This document shows, in pieces, positions 7,551-10,824 of a DNA stretch of 10,824 bases (its first letter is position 1; every line of letters begins with the position of its first letter). The position numbers and the translations under genes were made by a program. This DNA comes from a virus (Duplodnaviria; Heunggongvirae; Uroviricota; Caudoviricetes), in IMG/VR virus record IMGVR_UViG_2690316273_000014; one strand, 5' to 3'. Under the pieces are notes generated by a model, which did no database searches, was not told where the DNA came from, and saw nothing but the letters and a program-made list of their open reading frames with translations.

Positions 7551-8432
7551 TTATGACCACTTTTTGTTTGGGTTTCGTTGGTGAGCGTGGTTTACAGGAT
7601 TATTTGATATACCCCATAACTCTGACTCGCTTATCTCTACACGAGAGAAAGACCTGCTTTCTTTCAGTTCTTTTATAAACCTAGAACCTAAGATGACATC
7701 TATTGTACCAGAAAGTTCTTGTAAAAGATCTTTGTTTTTTCTGAGGAAGAAAATATCTTCTTTATATTTAATTTTTACATAGAATTTATTCTGTATTTTT
7801 AATATATCAAAGCATGGCAGATATCTATATCCCTCATATTTTCGCCACTGCTTAACAATTATAACATCTTTTTCATTTACTGCATTAATCAGCCCAAGAC
7901 CAAGTACAGGTATGAATATTCTATTGTCTGCCGAAAGCGTACAATTATCACCACCAGGCAAATATGTATAAATCATGTCGGAATTTTTATACGCATCAAC
8001 GAATGCACGTAAGAAGCGTACATATTTTTGCCATCCGTTTATACCGAATTTACCATATAAGTATTCTTTATTTGTTAGAAGAAAACTATTTGTATCAGGA
8101 TCCTTATCTACAGACCTGTCGATAAGATCTCCAACTACGTTTACAAAGTCAAAGACAGAGTTTAATAAGAACAATTGTCTTTCAGTAGGGCGAATTTCAA
8201 TTATGTAGCCAGGATGAAGACGATATTGCATCTGCTTACGAAGTATACCGAACGCTTGGGTCCGAGCATCTGAAAGCAACTTCTTGTCGCCATCGCCGTG
8301 AGCATTGTTTCTAATAAAACTGATATAATTTGCTAATTTTTCAGCCTCTTTTTTGTGTTTTTTTCGCTCTGATGCTGAGTCTATTGGTTTTGGTATGGAC
8401 TTGTAATCAATCTTCTTCATTACGTACCTCAT
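7551..8432 (-). CDS. Hypothetical 293-aa protein occupying the sieB/ral slot directly downstream of N; candidate superinfection-exclusion / abortive-infection / anti-restriction cargo
   Basis: Long uninterrupted ORF whose ATG (8432..8430) overlaps the N stop codon (8431..8429) as ATGA. Markedly AT-rich and lysine-rich, unlike the flanking lambda-like genes. No similarity to lambda SieB or Ral recognised and no motif confidently identified. Followed by a short hairpin plus T-rich tract at 7520..7549. Confidence 0.75.
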   Translation of the reverse strand: MRYVMKKIDYKSIPKPIDSASERKKHKKEAEKLANYISFIRNNAHGDGDKKLLSDARTQAFGILRKQMQYRLHPGYIIEIRPTERQLFLLNSVFDFVNVVGDLIDRSVDKDPDTNSFLLTNKEYLYGKFGINGWQKYVRFLRAFVDAYKNSDMIYTYLPGGDNCTLSADNRIFIPVLGLGLINAVNEKDVIIVKQWRKYEGYRYLPCFDILKIQNKFYVKIKYKEDIFFLRKNKDLLQELSGTIDVILGSRFIKELKESRSFSRVEISESELWGISNNPVNHAHQRNPNKKWS

Positions 8433-8752
8433 GCCAATGGAATGGATTCCCCTTTAACCTTTTGTCTTCCTTGACAAGTTATACCGAACTCACCTGGCTT
8501 GCTATACCAAACTCGATGATTCTTGCGCTCAATACGTTGCAGGTTGCTTTCAATCTGTTCGTGGTATTCAGCCAGCACCGTAAGGTCTATCGGATTCAGT
8601 GCGCTTTCTACTCGTGATTTCGGTTTGCGATTCAGCGAGAGAATAGGGCGGTTAACTGGTTTAGCGCTTACCCCAACCAACAGGGGATTTGCTGCTTTCC
8701 ATTGAGCCTGTTTCTCTGCGCGACGTTCGCGGCGGCGTGTTTGTGCATCCAT
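8429..8752 (-). CDS. N: Antitermination protein N, 107 aa
   Basis: From ATG at 8752: MDAQTRRRERRAEKQAQWKAANPLLVGVSAKPVNRPILSLNRKPKSRVESALNPIDLTVLAEYH..., including the arginine-rich boxB-binding motif. Diverges from lambda N in the C-terminal third. The track ORF extends upstream to 8884, but the N start is internal. Confidence 0.93.
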   Translation of the reverse strand: MDAQTRRRERRAEKQAQWKAANPLLVGVSAKPVNRPILSLNRKPKSRVESALNPIDLTVLAEYHEQIESNLQRIERKNHRVWYSKPGEFGITCQGRQKVKGESIPLA

Positions 8753-8909
8753 CTGGATTCTCCTGTCAGTTAGCTTTGGTTGTGTGTGGGAGTCGTAGTC
8801 CTGAACGAAAACACCCCGCAATGGCACATTGGCAGCTAATCCGGATTCGCACTTCCGGCCAATGCTTCGTTTCGTATCACACACACCAAAGCCTTCTGCT
8901 TTGAATGCT

Positions 8910-8940
8910 GCCCTTCTTCAGGGCTTAATTTTTAAGAGCC
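8910..8940 (-). promoter_or_regulatory. nutL: nutL site (boxB hairpin and boxA-like element)
   Basis: On the - strand, boxB GCCCTGAAGAAGGGC (plus 8910..8924) and an upstream boxA-like GCTCTTAAAAATT (plus 8927..8940), lying between pL and N as in lambda. Confidence 0.85.
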
Positions 8941-8985
8941 TCACCTTCAATGGTGGTCAGTGCGTCCTGCTGATGGCTTAAAATT

Positions 8986-9053
8986 ACAAGGAAGATTGTA
9001 TGTTGTAAACAAGAAATATTGTAAAAAGGGGCGTGAAAAACAAACTCCATTGT
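8986..9053. promoter_or_regulatory. 434-type left operator region (three 14-bp ACAA...TTGT sites) with pL
   Basis: Three 14-mers with the 434 operator outline: ACAAGGAAGATTGT (8986..8999), ACAAGAAATATTGT (9009..9022), ACAAACTCCATTGT (9040..9053). Promoter hexamers for pL not assigned with confidence. Confidence 0.7.
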
Positions 9054-9103
9054 TTTTAAACGGAAAATAGTTTGTTTTTTTGTTATCGAGATTGAGGTGG
9101 GGA

Positions 9104-10456
<1,353 letters not shown>

Positions 10457-10464
10457 GACATTCC

Positions 10465-10496
10465 CGCTCTTACACATCCCAGCCCTGAAAAAGGGC
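10465..10496 (+). promoter_or_regulatory. nutR: nutR site (boxA CGCTCTTAC and boxB hairpin)
   Basis: boxA CGCTCTTAC at 10465..10473 and boxB GCCCTGAAAAAGGGC at 10482..10496, immediately downstream of cro. A hairpin TGTATGC-(8 nt)-GCATACA at 10520..10541 lies in the tR1 / cII-leader region. Confidence 0.85.
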
Positions 10497-10575
10497 ATCA
10501 AAATAAACCACACCTATGGTGTATGCATTTATTTGCATACATTCAATCAATTGTTATCTAAGGAAATACTTACAT

Positions 10576-10824
<249 letters not shown>

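Noticed and set aside
8753-8884. N-terminally extended 151-aa version of N
   Set aside because: The canonical MDAQTRRR start is internal at 8752. The extension would run through nutL, which is non-coding leader in lambda.

Overview
This window is the left end of a lambda-like prophage integrated at the E. coli lambda attachment site. All identifications rest on reading the translations and recalling the lambda and 434 proteins; no database search was run. In order: host ybhC (1..1284, -), attL (core GCTTTTTTATACTAA at 1331..1345 with the P' arm), then leftward-transcribed int, xis, an orf55-like ORF, a TraR/DksA-like zinc finger, orf63/orf60a-like ORFs, exo, bet, gam, cIII, an ea10-like gene, N and nutL. 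The immunity region is phage-434 type (cI, cro, 14-bp ACAA...TTGT operators), followed by nutR and cII. The backbone is close to lambda but not identical, so this looks like a natural mosaic rather than lab lambda. Three accessory slots carry non-lambda cargo and are the best candidates for an undescribed function: (1) a 293-aa AT-rich gene immediately after N, where lambda has sieB/ral; (2) a 134-aa signal-peptide protein translationally coupled to the cI stop, where lambda has rexAB; (3) a 200-aa + strand membrane protein with its own hairpin, where lambda has ea8.5/ea22. Kil appears to be deleted, cIII has an altered C-terminus, the Gam long-form extension is out of frame, and cII has a divergent tail.
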